From: an uncultured Gammaproteobacteria bacterium
Lineage (GTDB): Bacteria > Patescibacteriota > Microgenomatia > Levybacterales > GWA1-39-11
Assembly (NCBI GenBank): GCA_964537315.1
Contig: CAZIAP010000003.1
Coordinates: 463-64,462, forward strand
Direction of reading: 5' to 3'
DNA: 64,000 bases
The notes beneath the pieces are model-generated. The model was not told the DNA's origin. It saw only the letters and a list, made by a program, of their open reading frames with translations, and made no database searches. The position numbers were made by a program, and so were the translations under genes. Positions 26,762-37,374 of this stretch are shown one piece after another (position 1 is the first letter of the stretch; each line of letters begins with the position of its first letter).

Positions 26762-28342
26762 TTAATATACGTCTACACCTTCCATATCAATCCCTTCAAA
26801 GTGTACTTCTTGTAAAAGTGGGGGTGTGGAAGTTGGTGTCTCAGTTGTGTATGTGATCGATATTTTTGCAGCAAGACTTGCATTTAAAGAGTAATCTTGC
26901 CAAGAAACTGTCAGTGAAGGGCCTACTGTACTATCATTCCATACTGCAAATCTCATAGAGTTGCCAGATACCCACCCTGGACGGTCGACGATTTCTTGAA
27001 CAATTGGTGAGATATCAGGGCTTGTTACCCAAGCAGGAGCTCCCCAATTAGGCCAGGTTGCAGGATCCCAATCAACTCCTGCAGTTGTTTGGGTAATCTC
27101 ATGAGGCCTATTTCCTCCTGAACTTGACCATGCAGCAGGGTTATCAGCATCGTCACCCCAAATTTTTAAATGAACATTACTAACAGAGCCAGGATCATCA
27201 ATTCCCTCACCGTATACTTGTATAGTTGATGAAGTTACTGTAGCTCCAGAAGGTATCGTCACATTGGTAAAACGTAAGCCCACATGTTCGCCTAGATTAT
27301 CCCAGGTACCTGCATATAAATATCCGTCGTATCCATTATTAGAGTAGTGGTCAAAGGATTGACCGTAGTAAACATCGTTATTGGTATCATTTACCTGAAG
27401 GTCAATTGTAGGGTCAATCATCACAGGATATTGAGCTTGTTTGAGCCATGTATATGGCGTGGCTACCGAAGCAGTAGTTTTCCCATTCTCATGCTCAAGA
27501 GTGAATTTAAGCTTTGAGTCTGTAGATCCTGATGATGAAATCAACAACTTTTCTCTGCCGCGGTTAGAGTCGCGTGCGACTGCCGGAGGAAAAGCATAAA
27601 GAGGGTCATTATTTTTATCAGCGAATAGTACTCCATTTTTAATGTCTGTTTTACCCTTTGAAAGGATCAACTCAGTGACTCCTTCTTCTGTTGGTAGCAT
27701 AACCATTGTTCCTTCAGCCATGTCAATTGCCAGTTTGAGTTCAAGATATGCATTAGAAATTTTAGGCTCAGGTAACGAATCGTGCGTATTAATTATAAGT
27801 TCTTTAATTACTTGGGTGCTTGTTGTGGTAAAACGCATATCAATTCCGTCTCCATAGATGTTTTTGTAAGTAATTGTATTGTCTTTTGCTACAGCTGAAG
27901 CGGTTTTGTCAGGATGTGCAATGAGCTGTTTTTGTCCTTGATCATTGACAAAGTAGAGTGCTTGTGGAGTCATCTGAAGCGGTTTTTGATCTTTTTCTAC
28001 TCGTACAATTGATTTGTCTCCTACCGTATCTCTAAAATATGCCTGATGATCTGATGCAGACAGTTGGTACTGATATGTTCCGTTCGCTTTGACTATATTT
28101 GTATCATATGATTTCCAGATATTATCTCCATCTTTAAACCATCTTGGTGCAAGAGTCGTTTCAATTGTGTAGGTATCTTTCCCATCTATCTTTCCTTTAT
28201 ACTTTTTTACAGAGTAGGCAGTCTGTTCTACAATTTTTTCAGTTTGAGAAGAGGGTGGCTTATTACCTCTAAAAATGACATAGGCTATTGCGCTAAGTAT
28301 GAGTATGCCAATAATACATACTATGATATGTTTGCGTTGCAT
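26762..28342 (-). CDS. Exported beta-rich hypothetical protein with a possible carbohydrate-binding C-terminal domain
   Basis: N-terminal TM; YPVMIDPT motif; GLRFTNVTIPSGATVTSSTI...SPDISPIVQEIVDRPGW. Confidence 0.75.
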   Translation of the reverse strand: MQRKHIIVCIIGILILSAIAYVIFRGNKPPSSQTEKIVEQTAYSVKKYKGKIDGKDTYTIETTLAPRWFKDGDNIWKSYDTNIVKANGTYQYQLSASDHQAYFRDTVGDKSIVRVEKDQKPLQMTPQALYFVNDQGQKQLIAHPDKTASAVAKDNTITYKNIYGDGIDMRFTTTSTQVIKELIINTHDSLPEPKISNAYLELKLAIDMAEGTMVMLPTEEGVTELILSKGKTDIKNGVLFADKNNDPLYAFPPAVARDSNRGREKLLISSSGSTDSKLKFTLEHENGKTTASVATPYTWLKQAQYPVMIDPTIDLQVNDTNNDVYYGQSFDHYSNNGYDGYLYAGTWDNLGEHVGLRFTNVTIPSGATVTSSTIQVYGEGIDDPGSVSNVHLKIWGDDADNPAAWSSSGGNRPHEITQTTAGVDWDPATWPNWGAPAWVTSPDISPIVQEIVDRPGWVSGNSMRFAVWNDSTVGPSLTVSWQDYSLNASLAAKISITYTTETPTSTPPLLQEVHFEGIDMEGVDVY

Positions 28343-28430
28343 ACATTTAAGTATAGAGGATTGAAGATTTATGATTCAATACATTTAGCGTGACTTGGCT
28401 AGGCACTTGGGGTGAATTGTAAATAATTTC

Positions 28431-31400
28431 TTAGTTGATAATTAAGAAATTAAATCTTATATCTTCTTCGACTGTCTTCTTTATCTTCACAGTGAATGAC
28501 GCGCTTTGTGATGATGCCTCACTTCGCTGCTCGAATATGAAAGGAGATTCTCCAAAAGTGTCACTAACAGGTGTTACATAAATTAATGAATTTTCAGTAA
28601 CATGAGGGTTCTCAATGGTTCTAATTGTTTCTCCTGCAGTAATAGTTGCTACGCCTGCTGATGCAGATGCTTGAGATAAGGTTGGAGATATATCAATGAT
28701 GTCATCAGTTGTGACATTAAGCGTTTTGGTTGTTAGTACTCCCGCCACCGCCACATTCTTTTCGAACTCCACGTTTTCAGTGAATCTAACAGTACCGTCA
28801 GTGTTGAAAGTAACAGCCCCAGCCATGATTGAGACAGGTTGTTGCTTAAGCGGTTGGATCTCAAGAGTGTCTGAGAGAGTATTGATAGAGTTTGAGTTAA
28901 TGACAAGTTCACCTGCACCGATAGCAAGGGTTTCTGTAATGGCCGCTTCTCGAAGGGTAGTGGTACCCAGAACTGTTAAGTCTGCATTAATGGTTGCAAA
29001 ATCAAAGTCTGCAAAATCAGCCTCAATACCTGCACCTAGGTCAAAGAAAGCACTACTTGAGGCAGTCAGACCAGAGATATTCTCAACGATAAGGTTTTTA
29101 ACTGTCAAGGTTTCTATACTTCCTTCATCAGCAATAATCTCAGGAGTGGTTACCGAACCTGCAAACTTTGCATTACCTGACAAGTCTACCGAGAAGAGAG
29201 CTCCTTGAGTTGATGTTTTATCCATGATTGAGAGCTTAGAATCACCAGTAATTACCTTAAAGTCAGACATGGCAATTTCATCAGTCGTAATTTTACCTGC
29301 AGCAAGCGTATTGTTGATAGTTAGACTATCGCTAGACAAGAATGAAGCATTAATATTTTCAAATAGTCCTGATGTGGCTACCAGGTTTGTAGCAAAGATA
29401 TCTTCACTCTCTATCTTGCCTGATTTGAGGTTGGCGATTGTGGCAGTGGAATAAACTCCAGTTTTATCAATAATATCTCCTGAATCATCTAAAGCCAGCC
29501 AATTTCCGTTATCCTCAACTATTTGTATATTTCCATCTGAGGCTATTTGTACAGCAGGGTCGTACCAAATTCCTTTGACAAAAATCATGACTGTACCAAC
29601 TTGATTAGGATCTGTATTGCTGTAGCTCTCAAGTGCTTGACCTACAATGAATCCTGCACGAGTTGCTTTCATACCTATACCTTCTTTTGAGGAGGAAGTA
29701 ATGTAGTCTCCAGGTTGGATTGCCCCATTTTCAGAAGTAACTTTAACCGGAACACGTCCTGCAAGAGCAATAGGTTGAGGATTATCAACAGAATTAATAT
29801 TATGTCCTATGCTGTTGAAATCTCCAGCTTTTGATTTATCGGACACGACACCTATGATTGATGATTGATATGGTTTTGTCGTCTTGACTAGCTGTTTGAT
29901 ATTGTCGCCATCTTTGGTTGTAACTGTATTAGAACCGATTGTAACCAAATCACCTAACCCTGTACCTGCTGCAACTGGATACATTTCCATGTAATCTGCG
30001 ACTGGGTCTGCATCACAGTCGTATATCAGCGATGCACCGCTATTGTCCCAGCAAAGAGCTGATCCTCCTCCGGAGCTTGCTGGAGTCAAATAGACATTAC
30101 CAGCTCCGCTTGGGCCTAAGACTAGTTCTGCTTCCGTTGGGGTACTGTCACCAATTCCGATATTTCCATTTACACTAACTACAGATAATGGGGTACCCGA
30201 AGAATTACGCCACTCCTGTAGATTTCCTGTTTGGCTAGTAATAGCCTGTACTGATAGAGTCGTGGCAGTTGTTCCACCGCTGAACATGTGGGCGGCTCCT
30301 CCTGATTCGGAATAGTGTATAGTGGTTTCACCAGAGCCGCCTTCTCTATATACTCCCCCCGTAGGTCTAATGGTTCCATTGATACGAAGATGAGTACTAA
30401 TATATGCAATATCCGTAAATGGTGCAAATCCCAGGGTGAAAAATCCACTTGATCCTACTTCTTCAAACGTAATCTTAGGAGAATTTGTGGTGTCTGATGC
30501 AAGGTGTAAAATTGATGCAGGTTGAAAAATGTTACCTCCGATACCATTGATACCCACATATCCAACATTATCTATTATAAATTTTGTTTGACCTGATGCA
30601 CTGGCAGTCAATATATCCTGATCTCCTGTTTCATTAAGTATCGTCAAGGCTTTTCCTACTGTAGAACCTTGAACATTAAATCCACCGAGAGCAGTTGCAA
30701 CTTGGTTTACTCCAATTGCTGTATTTCCGGTATCTACAACGAGAAGTCTATTGACATCTGCCCCGTTGCGGACTGCAAAACCAGTTGTACCATTTGATGC
30801 TCCTAGTTCTGCGACTAGATTCGAGCCAGAATTTAAATAAAGTCCTCCGATTGCAGTACCAATAGTTGCAAAGTTTGATGACCCGTCGTTAAAGTCAAGA
30901 CTACCTGCAAGATATAGGCTATCCCACCTAGAACCAGTTGATCCAAGATTATAGGCATCATTAGTTGTGGGTCCAATATCTCCAGCGACCTGAAGCTTGA
31001 AAGAAGGAGTAGTAGTTCCTATGCCCAAATTACCTGTACCTAAGTTAAACCATGCGTGTTGATTAGTGGTGCCTGGTAATCTAATTAATGCGCTTGAAGT
31101 AGAAGTCGCGCCTAGGGTTACATCCATAAAAGGGTGTACTAAGTGCACAGCTCCATTTGTCATGTCCCAATGATTCGTAGTAGTTCCATCACCGCCACAG
31201 TCTCCCCATTTATATGTGCCATCACCATTTGACTGTAGACATTTATTCAGAGTCCCCACACTAGCAAGCTGAGTAAGTACTCCGGAGCCATCAGTGTAGA
31301 GTAGACCCCCATCGGTAGTAAAGTCAGGAAGAGTAATAGATGAGCCATGGATTGTGACGGCATCTGCACCATCACCTAAATTGAGCACACCATTTGCAGT

Positions 31401-34400
31401 CAACGTACCATTAAAGGTTGAAGTACCACTAGTAGTAAGATTTCCCCCATCTGCAATTACAAATACATCATCTACATCAAACCCACCATTTGCATTTATA
31501 TTTGCAGCAAATGTTGAGATCCCTGCCACAGATAAGGTTGAATCGAGTGATGTCGCGCCAGTTGCATTAACTGTACCGACTACCGATAAGTTATGTGAAG
31601 GGTTGGCAATACCGATTCCTACATTTCCATCGTTTTGTATTACAAACCGTGTAGTCCCTGAAGCGCTGGCTGTAAATATCGCCTGATCTCCAGTTTCATT
31701 AAATATTGCAAGAGCCTTGCCTGTATCTTTTCCGTGTATCATGAGTTTTCCTGTATCTGGGGCAGTGAACCCTAAACGAAGATTACCGGACTCATCGAAG
31801 TGAGTAAGTACTTCATTTGTGCTACTTAAGAAGTCCAATAACCTTCCTGATTGGCCGAATGATCCCTTGATAGCGGTTAAGTTAGTAGCAGTATTATAGC
31901 CTTGAACCAGAAGTGAGTAGTCAGACGCGCCAGTACCGTTTACAAAACTAGGCGGTATTGTTTCACCTCGTGCTCCTAATATCTCGATACCATGGTACGA
32001 GTAGAGCTGCAGCTTACCGCCATTTGATGTCTGCAAAGCGTTTGCCTGATCACCCAACTGAACTCTTGCTGCCTCACCACTTGAGTATTCATTGCCTCCC
32101 ACACTAATAGTTCGAGGGCTTGTAGTGTTAGATCCGTCGATATTTAGATAGAGATTGCCACTATTTTGAACGACAAGTCGCGTAGTGCCCGAAGCACTAG
32201 CAACTAATAGGTTTTGTCCACTTGTTTCATCAAAGATAGCAAGTGCTCTACCGGTGGAGCCTTGTACAACGAGTCCTCCTAAATTTGTTGTCCCTGTAAC
32301 ATTTGCGTTACCCGCAACTGAAAGTTTGTGAAACGGATTTGTTAATCCTATTCCTACATTACCTGTACCTGAAAAAGCGAAGTTGTTGCTGTTAAGTGCA
32401 ATATTTGTTGCCCCTGTAAGTGTCCCTCCAAGGGTGATGGTGTTACTAGTTCTTGTAAGTCCGTTACTGAATGTGAGTGGAGCTTCATACAGAGAAGATA
32501 TATCAGACCAAACAGGGGAGCTTCCATTTGAAGTTAGGACAAAGCCATTACTTCCAATACCCAGAGTGTTCATAACACCAGTTCCACTTCCGTAGAGTAG
32601 AGAGCCTGAGATAAGAGATGTTACTCCTGTACCCCCGTTACCAACTGGTAAAGTACCTGTTACCTCGCTAGTCAAGTCTACAGATGTACCAAGAGTCGTT
32701 GATAACGTATTTCCAGATACTTGTAACCCTGAGCCTGCGAAATCGGAAATTGTGTCTCCACTGATTATCAATGAAGTTAGCGCAAGCGTATTAAATGTTG
32801 GAGATGAGGAAATAGTAAGGGCTTGACCAGTATCAAATTCTAGCTCATTGTCTCCGATTGAGTTTGCAGTGACTGACAAGGTGTGTGCAATACCTTCACC
32901 TGTGGTCGCGCCTGTTGAAGTAATGGTAGAGCTGCCTGTAATCGTTGCTACATAATTTCCTGTGGTGTGTGTTGTAAGCGCGATTAGGTTGTTAAGTGAA
33001 CTTGCGCCTGTTCCACCATTTGCAACAGGGAGTATCCCTGAAATATCTGTAGTTAGATCGATTTGATTTAATGTAATTACTTGGTCTGCAAGAGTGAGAT
33101 AATTATACGACCCTGCAAGAGAGACAGGATCATGAGCTGCACCTGAAATAGAGGAGTCAAGGTCAGCAAGAACGCCTTGGACAGTTGTAGCAGAAGAGTT
33201 TGTAAATTCGTCAAACACGCCTACGAGTGAAGCACCTGAAGTTAAATTATTAGACCCTGTGTCTGCTAAGCCAATTGAACCCACAGTGACTGATCCGAAC
33301 GTAGCGTTTCCTACAGTAGAAAGAGTAGAGCCTAATGTAACTGCCCCTGTTATGTTAGTGGTTCCAGTTACGGATAGTTTATGTAGCGGGTTTGTAGTTC
33401 CTATGCCTACATTTCCGTTATCAAATATGCTGGAATCATTTACTGCGAACTGTCCTGAAAACTTGGCAATAAAGTTAGTGGTTCCGGAACCTCCTAGGCC
33501 AGCACCAGTCCCTGAACAGTTACCTGATGTAAGACAGAATGTTCCACTACTATCTGGTAGAGTATATGTTTGATCACTTGTTAAGGTTGCAACTGTAAGT
33601 TCTCCTTCAAAACCTGAATTGTGCCAGAATAATGATGATCCAGAGCCTCCTGTTGTAAACGCGTTTCCAGATGGCACATCTCCTACAGCGCTGATGTCAC
33701 CAGCACCCGCTATGCCTGAGACTTCTTGCCACGATAACGTGCCTGCACTGTTTGAGGTTAGTACATAACCAGAACTTGCTGCATCCGTACCCGGCCATGT
33801 GTAGGTGACTCCGTTTAACTGTGTAGTACCTATATTTACTAAGTTACCAGATGAGTTTATGCGTACAGTACCGGCACCTGCGCCGGTATTGAGACCAGTA
33901 GTTGCGTTTAGCGTTGTTCCAGTTATGGTGTTAGTGGTTGAGATAATTCCAAAGCCTGATGCTATCGATCCAGAGGACAATGCTCCAGTAGAAGTAAGAG
34001 ATGAATTCGTAACTCCTGAACCAAGAGTTGATGCGCTAAGCACAGCAGTTCCGTTAATTAGATACGAGTTACTAGTAGAAATATTGATACTACCGGCAAC
34101 GTCTAGTTTTGCAGTACTTGGAGTCATCGTGCCAATTCCGAAGTTTCCGCCTGAAGCAAACCAACCGTGTTCATTAGACACACCAGGTAATCTAATAAGT
34201 GCACTACTTGTCGCATTACTTCCTATTAAGAGATCGTCTGATATATTTAGTGGAGCAATGCTACCCGTGTTTCTTTGCCAGTAGTTCAGTCCTGCTCCTG
34301 CTGCGGATTGCCATGTAGGTACTCCAGATGATATAGAAAGAACTGTCCCCTCAGCACCCGCTGAGAGTGCAGAAAGCACGTCGGCAGCTGACGCGTAAAG

Positions 34401-36782
34401 TATTGATCCTTGAGCAATTGTTGTAAGCCCTGTTCCACCTCTGGTAGGTGAGAGAGTTCCGGTAGTACCTGATCCTATCGGTAGACTAGTTGCATCAGTC
34501 AAATTAAAAGCAGGAGTCGTATCAGATTGTCCTAGCTGCAAGGTAATACCACCGTAATTTACGGTACTGCTTACTAAGGCAGATAGAGAAATTGACCCTG
34601 CAGGGAGTGTAATTGTTCCTCCACTTACCGTTAATCCATTTGAAATATATGCATTTCCCGTAACATCCAATGTTGCGTTTGATGCTGTAGTGTTACCAAT
34701 ACCAAGATTTCCGGTGTTAATAAATGAGTTTTGTCCTGCAGTTCCTGTAAACTTTATGAGTGCGCTACTTGTCGCATTACTTCCTATTAAGAGATCGTCT
34801 GATATATTTAAGGGGGCAACCGTACCTGCGTTGCGCTGCCAAAATGTTAAGCCTGCTCCAGATACGCTTGCCCAGGTTGGAACTCCCCCTGAAACAACCA
34901 ATACTTCATTTACAGAACCTATCGGAAGTTTAGTAAGTGTATTTGATCCAGATGCAAAAAGAATATCTCCGGTGGAGTATGTGGACTGACCTGTTCCACC
35001 TCTTGTTTCATCAACAACACTTTCAACAGCCCATGTTCCGCTTGTAATATATGGCACTCCGTTTGATCCTGATGTATTTAGTCCAGTTCCTCCGTAGGCT
35101 GTTCCAATAGCAGTTGCATTCCATGTGCCTGAGGTAATATTTCCTGACGTGTTAATCTGGAAAGCGTTTGCAGTGCCTGAGGTAAATGTTCCCGAGGTAT
35201 CAAGATTACCAGTAATCCCCACGGTTGAACCGTCATCCGTAATCGATGAATCTCCAATCGATGAACTACCTGTAAATTTTGCAAGCGTATTGGTAGTACC
35301 TGAACCTGAAAGAGCTCCTACTCCAGAAACTGATTGCCATGATAGTACTCCAAGTCCATTAGTAGTCAATACGTAGTTATTGCTTCCGTCATCTAGGGGG
35401 AGAGTATAAGTTGTGCTCTGAGCAAGTGCAGCAGGAGACTGAAATGACACATAATGTGAAGAATCACCATCTGCAAATAATAAGCTGCTTTGGTTCTTTA
35501 GTTGTATGGGAGATGTAAACTCCCAAGTTCCAGAAATAACTTCGTTTTGGTTACTTCGGGTAATTAGCGAGTTGGTATAGTCGATTACAATATTTACCTC
35601 GCCGCTTGGTAGTTCACTGAGGTCAAAATCAGTTCCGCTAAAATCAAGTGTATCAGCAGCATTCGTTAAAAGTAGACCTCCTTCTTTAACGTTTACAACA
35701 CCAGCACTCATACCTCCTACATCAGGCGCACATTCCCATACTTGAGATATATTATCCCATTTCAAAACATCGCCATCGTCACATCCTTGCAAGAGAGATA
35801 GTTGATTAGAACCAGTTCCGGCAAACTCTAAACCTGAATTTGAAGACATACTTCCGATGCCGTCAGAAGAACTTAAAAGATCTATTACGAGCGAGTTTGA
35901 TGCAATATTTAACCCATTTCCGGTTAGGCTAGTAAAAGAATTTCCATCTCCACCTATTTGCAAAGAACCTGAAGCAAGGATATTACCTGATACGACTAAT
36001 TTTTCAGTCGGTGTGCTCGTGCCAATCCCTACATTACCTGTGCTGTTTGTGAGATAAACAGAGTTTGCAGACTCTGTCCAGGGTGAAGAAGTTGCAGTTC
36101 CAGTTATGGTGATTGTTTTTGTACTTGTATTAGTCGAGAGGATAATTCCGTTTCCTGCCGCAAAGGTTATAGTATCTCCTGTACTACCTGCAGAAAAAGA
36201 AGATCCTCCTGCTGTAATAGTAGAAAATATGTTTTGATCGTCTGTGTCAGTTATGGTTGAGGAGATGGTTAAGCCGTCAATTTCGATACCGTCTCCTGCA
36301 CTTAGCGTAATTGCTCCAGTCTGTCCTGCGAGTGACAGAACACCTGTATTCGAAAGAGTAGGAGACTGTCCACCCGTTGAAGCTAGTCCAGCTCCAACTG
36401 ATACAGCATTAATAATATTAGGACCTGTTATCCCAGCTTCAAACACTGCGTCACCTCGTACTACCAGAGCGTCACGATAAAGCGTAGGGAGATTAATTGC
36501 TAATGTTCCTTTAACCTCACTACCATCTGGATTTAGTTCAGGTAAATCAGCAAGGTTTTCTGTAGGCACCTCAGGTTGCTGTCGAGAATTAAGACTTAAA
36601 TACGAAAAGCTAATGAAAACTATGATTAGTATAGCGGTCAAGGGAGCGGCGTATGCCAACATATATTTTCGTATATTGCCTGAGGATTTATTATCGTAAA
36701 CCTTTAGAGGGTTAACTTTTGGCGCAGGAATAGGTATTTCATGTGAAAGCTGATCCTTAATTTGTCCTAAGTTCTTATCCAT
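28431..36782 (-). CDS. Giant membrane-anchored fibre/adhesin-like protein (2783 aa)
   Basis: N-terminal TM; G/T/S-rich with GNVGIGT and LPVANGGTG repeats typical of tail-fibre-like proteins; peptidase G2/IMC-like domain near the C-terminus. Confidence 0.9.
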   Translation of the reverse strand: MDKNLGQIKDQLSHEIPIPAPKVNPLKVYDNKSSGNIRKYMLAYAAPLTAILIIVFISFSYLSLNSRQQPEVPTENLADLPELNPDGSEVKGTLAINLPTLYRDALVVRGDAVFEAGITGPNIINAVSVGAGLASTGGQSPTLSNTGVLSLAGQTGAITLSAGDGIEIDGLTISSTITDTDDQNIFSTITAGGSSFSAGSTGDTITFAAGNGIILSTNTSTKTITITGTATSSPWTESANSVYLTNSTGNVGIGTSTPTEKLVVSGNILASGSLQIGGDGNSFTSLTGNGLNIASNSLVIDLLSSSDGIGSMSSNSGLEFAGTGSNQLSLLQGCDDGDVLKWDNISQVWECAPDVGGMSAGVVNVKEGGLLLTNAADTLDFSGTDFDLSELPSGEVNIVIDYTNSLITRSNQNEVISGTWEFTSPIQLKNQSSLLFADGDSSHYVSFQSPAALAQSTTYTLPLDDGSNNYVLTTNGLGVLSWQSVSGVGALSGSGTTNTLAKFTGSSSIGDSSITDDGSTVGITGNLDTSGTFTSGTANAFQINTSGNITSGTWNATAIGTAYGGTGLNTSGSNGVPYITSGTWAVESVVDETRGGTGQSTYSTGDILFASGSNTLTKLPIGSVNEVLVVSGGVPTWASVSGAGLTFWQRNAGTVAPLNISDDLLIGSNATSSALIKFTGTAGQNSFINTGNLGIGNTTASNATLDVTGNAYISNGLTVSGGTITLPAGSISLSALVSSTVNYGGITLQLGQSDTTPAFNLTDATSLPIGSGTTGTLSPTRGGTGLTTIAQGSILYASAADVLSALSAGAEGTVLSISSGVPTWQSAAGAGLNYWQRNTGSIAPLNISDDLLIGSNATSSALIRLPGVSNEHGWFASGGNFGIGTMTPSTAKLDVAGSINISTSNSYLINGTAVLSASTLGSGVTNSSLTSTGALSSGSIASGFGIISTTNTITGTTLNATTGLNTGAGAGTVRINSSGNLVNIGTTQLNGVTYTWPGTDAASSGYVLTSNSAGTLSWQEVSGIAGAGDISAVGDVPSGNAFTTGGSGSSLFWHNSGFEGELTVATLTSDQTYTLPDSSGTFCLTSGNCSGTGAGLGGSGTTNFIAKFSGQFAVNDSSIFDNGNVGIGTTNPLHKLSVTGTTNITGAVTLGSTLSTVGNATFGSVTVGSIGLADTGSNNLTSGASLVGVFDEFTNSSATTVQGVLADLDSSISGAAHDPVSLAGSYNYLTLADQVITLNQIDLTTDISGILPVANGGTGASSLNNLIALTTHTTGNYVATITGSSTITSTGATTGEGIAHTLSVTANSIGDNELEFDTGQALTISSSPTFNTLALTSLIISGDTISDFAGSGLQVSGNTLSTTLGTSVDLTSEVTGTLPVGNGGTGVTSLISGSLLYGSGTGVMNTLGIGSNGFVLTSNGSSPVWSDISSLYEAPLTFSNGLTRTSNTITLGGTLTGATNIALNSNNFAFSGTGNVGIGLTNPFHKLSVAGNANVTGTTNLGGLVVQGSTGRALAIFDETSGQNLLVASASGTTRLVVQNSGNLYLNIDGSNTTSPRTISVGGNEYSSGEAARVQLGDQANALQTSNGGKLQLYSYHGIEILGARGETIPPSFVNGTGASDYSLLVQGYNTATNLTAIKGSFGQSGRLLDFLSSTNEVLTHFDESGNLRLGFTAPDTGKLMIHGKDTGKALAIFNETGDQAIFTASASGTTRFVIQNDGNVGIGIANPSHNLSVVGTVNATGATSLDSTLSVAGISTFAANINANGGFDVDDVFVIADGGNLTTSGTSTFNGTLTANGVLNLGDGADAVTIHGSSITLPDFTTDGGLLYTDGSGVLTQLASVGTLNKCLQSNGDGTYKWGDCGGDGTTTNHWDMTNGAVHLVHPFMDVTLGATSTSSALIRLPGTTNQHAWFNLGTGNLGIGTTTPSFKLQVAGDIGPTTNDAYNLGSTGSRWDSLYLAGSLDFNDGSSNFATIGTAIGGLYLNSGSNLVAELGASNGTTGFAVRNGADVNRLLVVDTGNTAIGVNQVATALGGFNVQGSTVGKALTILNETGDQDILTASASGQTKFIIDNVGYVGINGIGGNIFQPASILHLASDTTNSPKITFEEVGSSGFFTLGFAPFTDIAYISTHLRINGTIRPTGGVYREGGSGETTIHYSESGGAAHMFSGGTTATTLSVQAITSQTGNLQEWRNSSGTPLSVVSVNGNIGIGDSTPTEAELVLGPSGAGNVYLTPASSGGGSALCWDNSGASLIYDCDADPVADYMEMYPVAAGTGLGDLVTIGSNTVTTKDGDNIKQLVKTTKPYQSSIIGVVSDKSKAGDFNSIGHNINSVDNPQPIALAGRVPVKVTSENGAIQPGDYITSSSKEGIGMKATRAGFIVGQALESYSNTDPNQVGTVMIFVKGIWYDPAVQIASDGNIQIVEDNGNWLALDDSGDIIDKTGVYSTATIANLKSGKIESEDIFATNLVATSGLFENINASFLSSDSLTINNTLAAGKITTDEIAMSDFKVITGDSKLSIMDKTSTQGALFSVDLSGNAKFAGSVTTPEIIADEGSIETLTVKNLIVENISGLTASSSAFFDLGAGIEADFADFDFATINADLTVLGTTTLREAAITETLAIGAGELVINSNSINTLSDTLEIQPLKQQPVSIMAGAVTFNTDGTVRFTENVEFEKNVAVAGVLTTKTLNVTTDDIIDISPTLSQASASAGVATITAGETIRTIENPHVTENSLIYVTPVSDTFGESPFIFEQRSEASSQSASFTVKIKKTVEEDIRFNFLIIN
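28876..29428. repeat. About 550-bp block apparently identical to 37859-38411
   Basis: Direct comparison, constant offset of 8983 bp at both ends. Confidence 0.92.
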
Positions 36783-36876
36783 ATTAACAGCTAAAAATAC
36801 TATGAGATTAATTATCTATATAAAAAATCAATTGTTTTAGCTACAATTTTAAGTTCATGAAAAGCATAGTATATAT

Positions 36877-36906
36877 AGTGTAGGGAAGGTTTGAAAAATA
36901 TGTCAA
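36877..36906 (-). promoter_or_regulatory. Sigma70 promoter of the 2783-aa gene
   Basis: Minus strand TTGACA-18 nt-TACACT. Confidence 0.6.
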
Positions 36907-37374
36907 TAGTTTTGTGAAAAGTTGACCTATTACGAAACAGTTAAGTAATAGTTGTTCTTTTACTATAAGGTTTGTATTTTAATTTCTGATTAATACAGCT
37001 GTTTTATTTGTAACAAATCAGGCACTATATGAGATTAATAACTTATTGTCAAAACATCAATTGTAAGAATAGATAAATAGCACTTAATTTTAGGGTCTAA
37101 TTACCAATTAGATTGTTAAATCAGTCTAAACAGTGATCAAAAAGAGTATACGAAAAGGGGTATATTAAATATTTTTCTTCAAATAGATAATGTGCGTGAA
37201 AAATTATCGTTTTAGCGTGAAACAGCCGTAAGGATTTATGATAATATGTAAAATTTATCAAATAGTATTTTATTATTTACAAATATGAGAGTAAAGGAAA
37301 TATTATTTTCACGAGTGATAAGTGTTTATACTCAGAGTAATTTACATACAATTTAGGTATTATTCTACTCTTAT

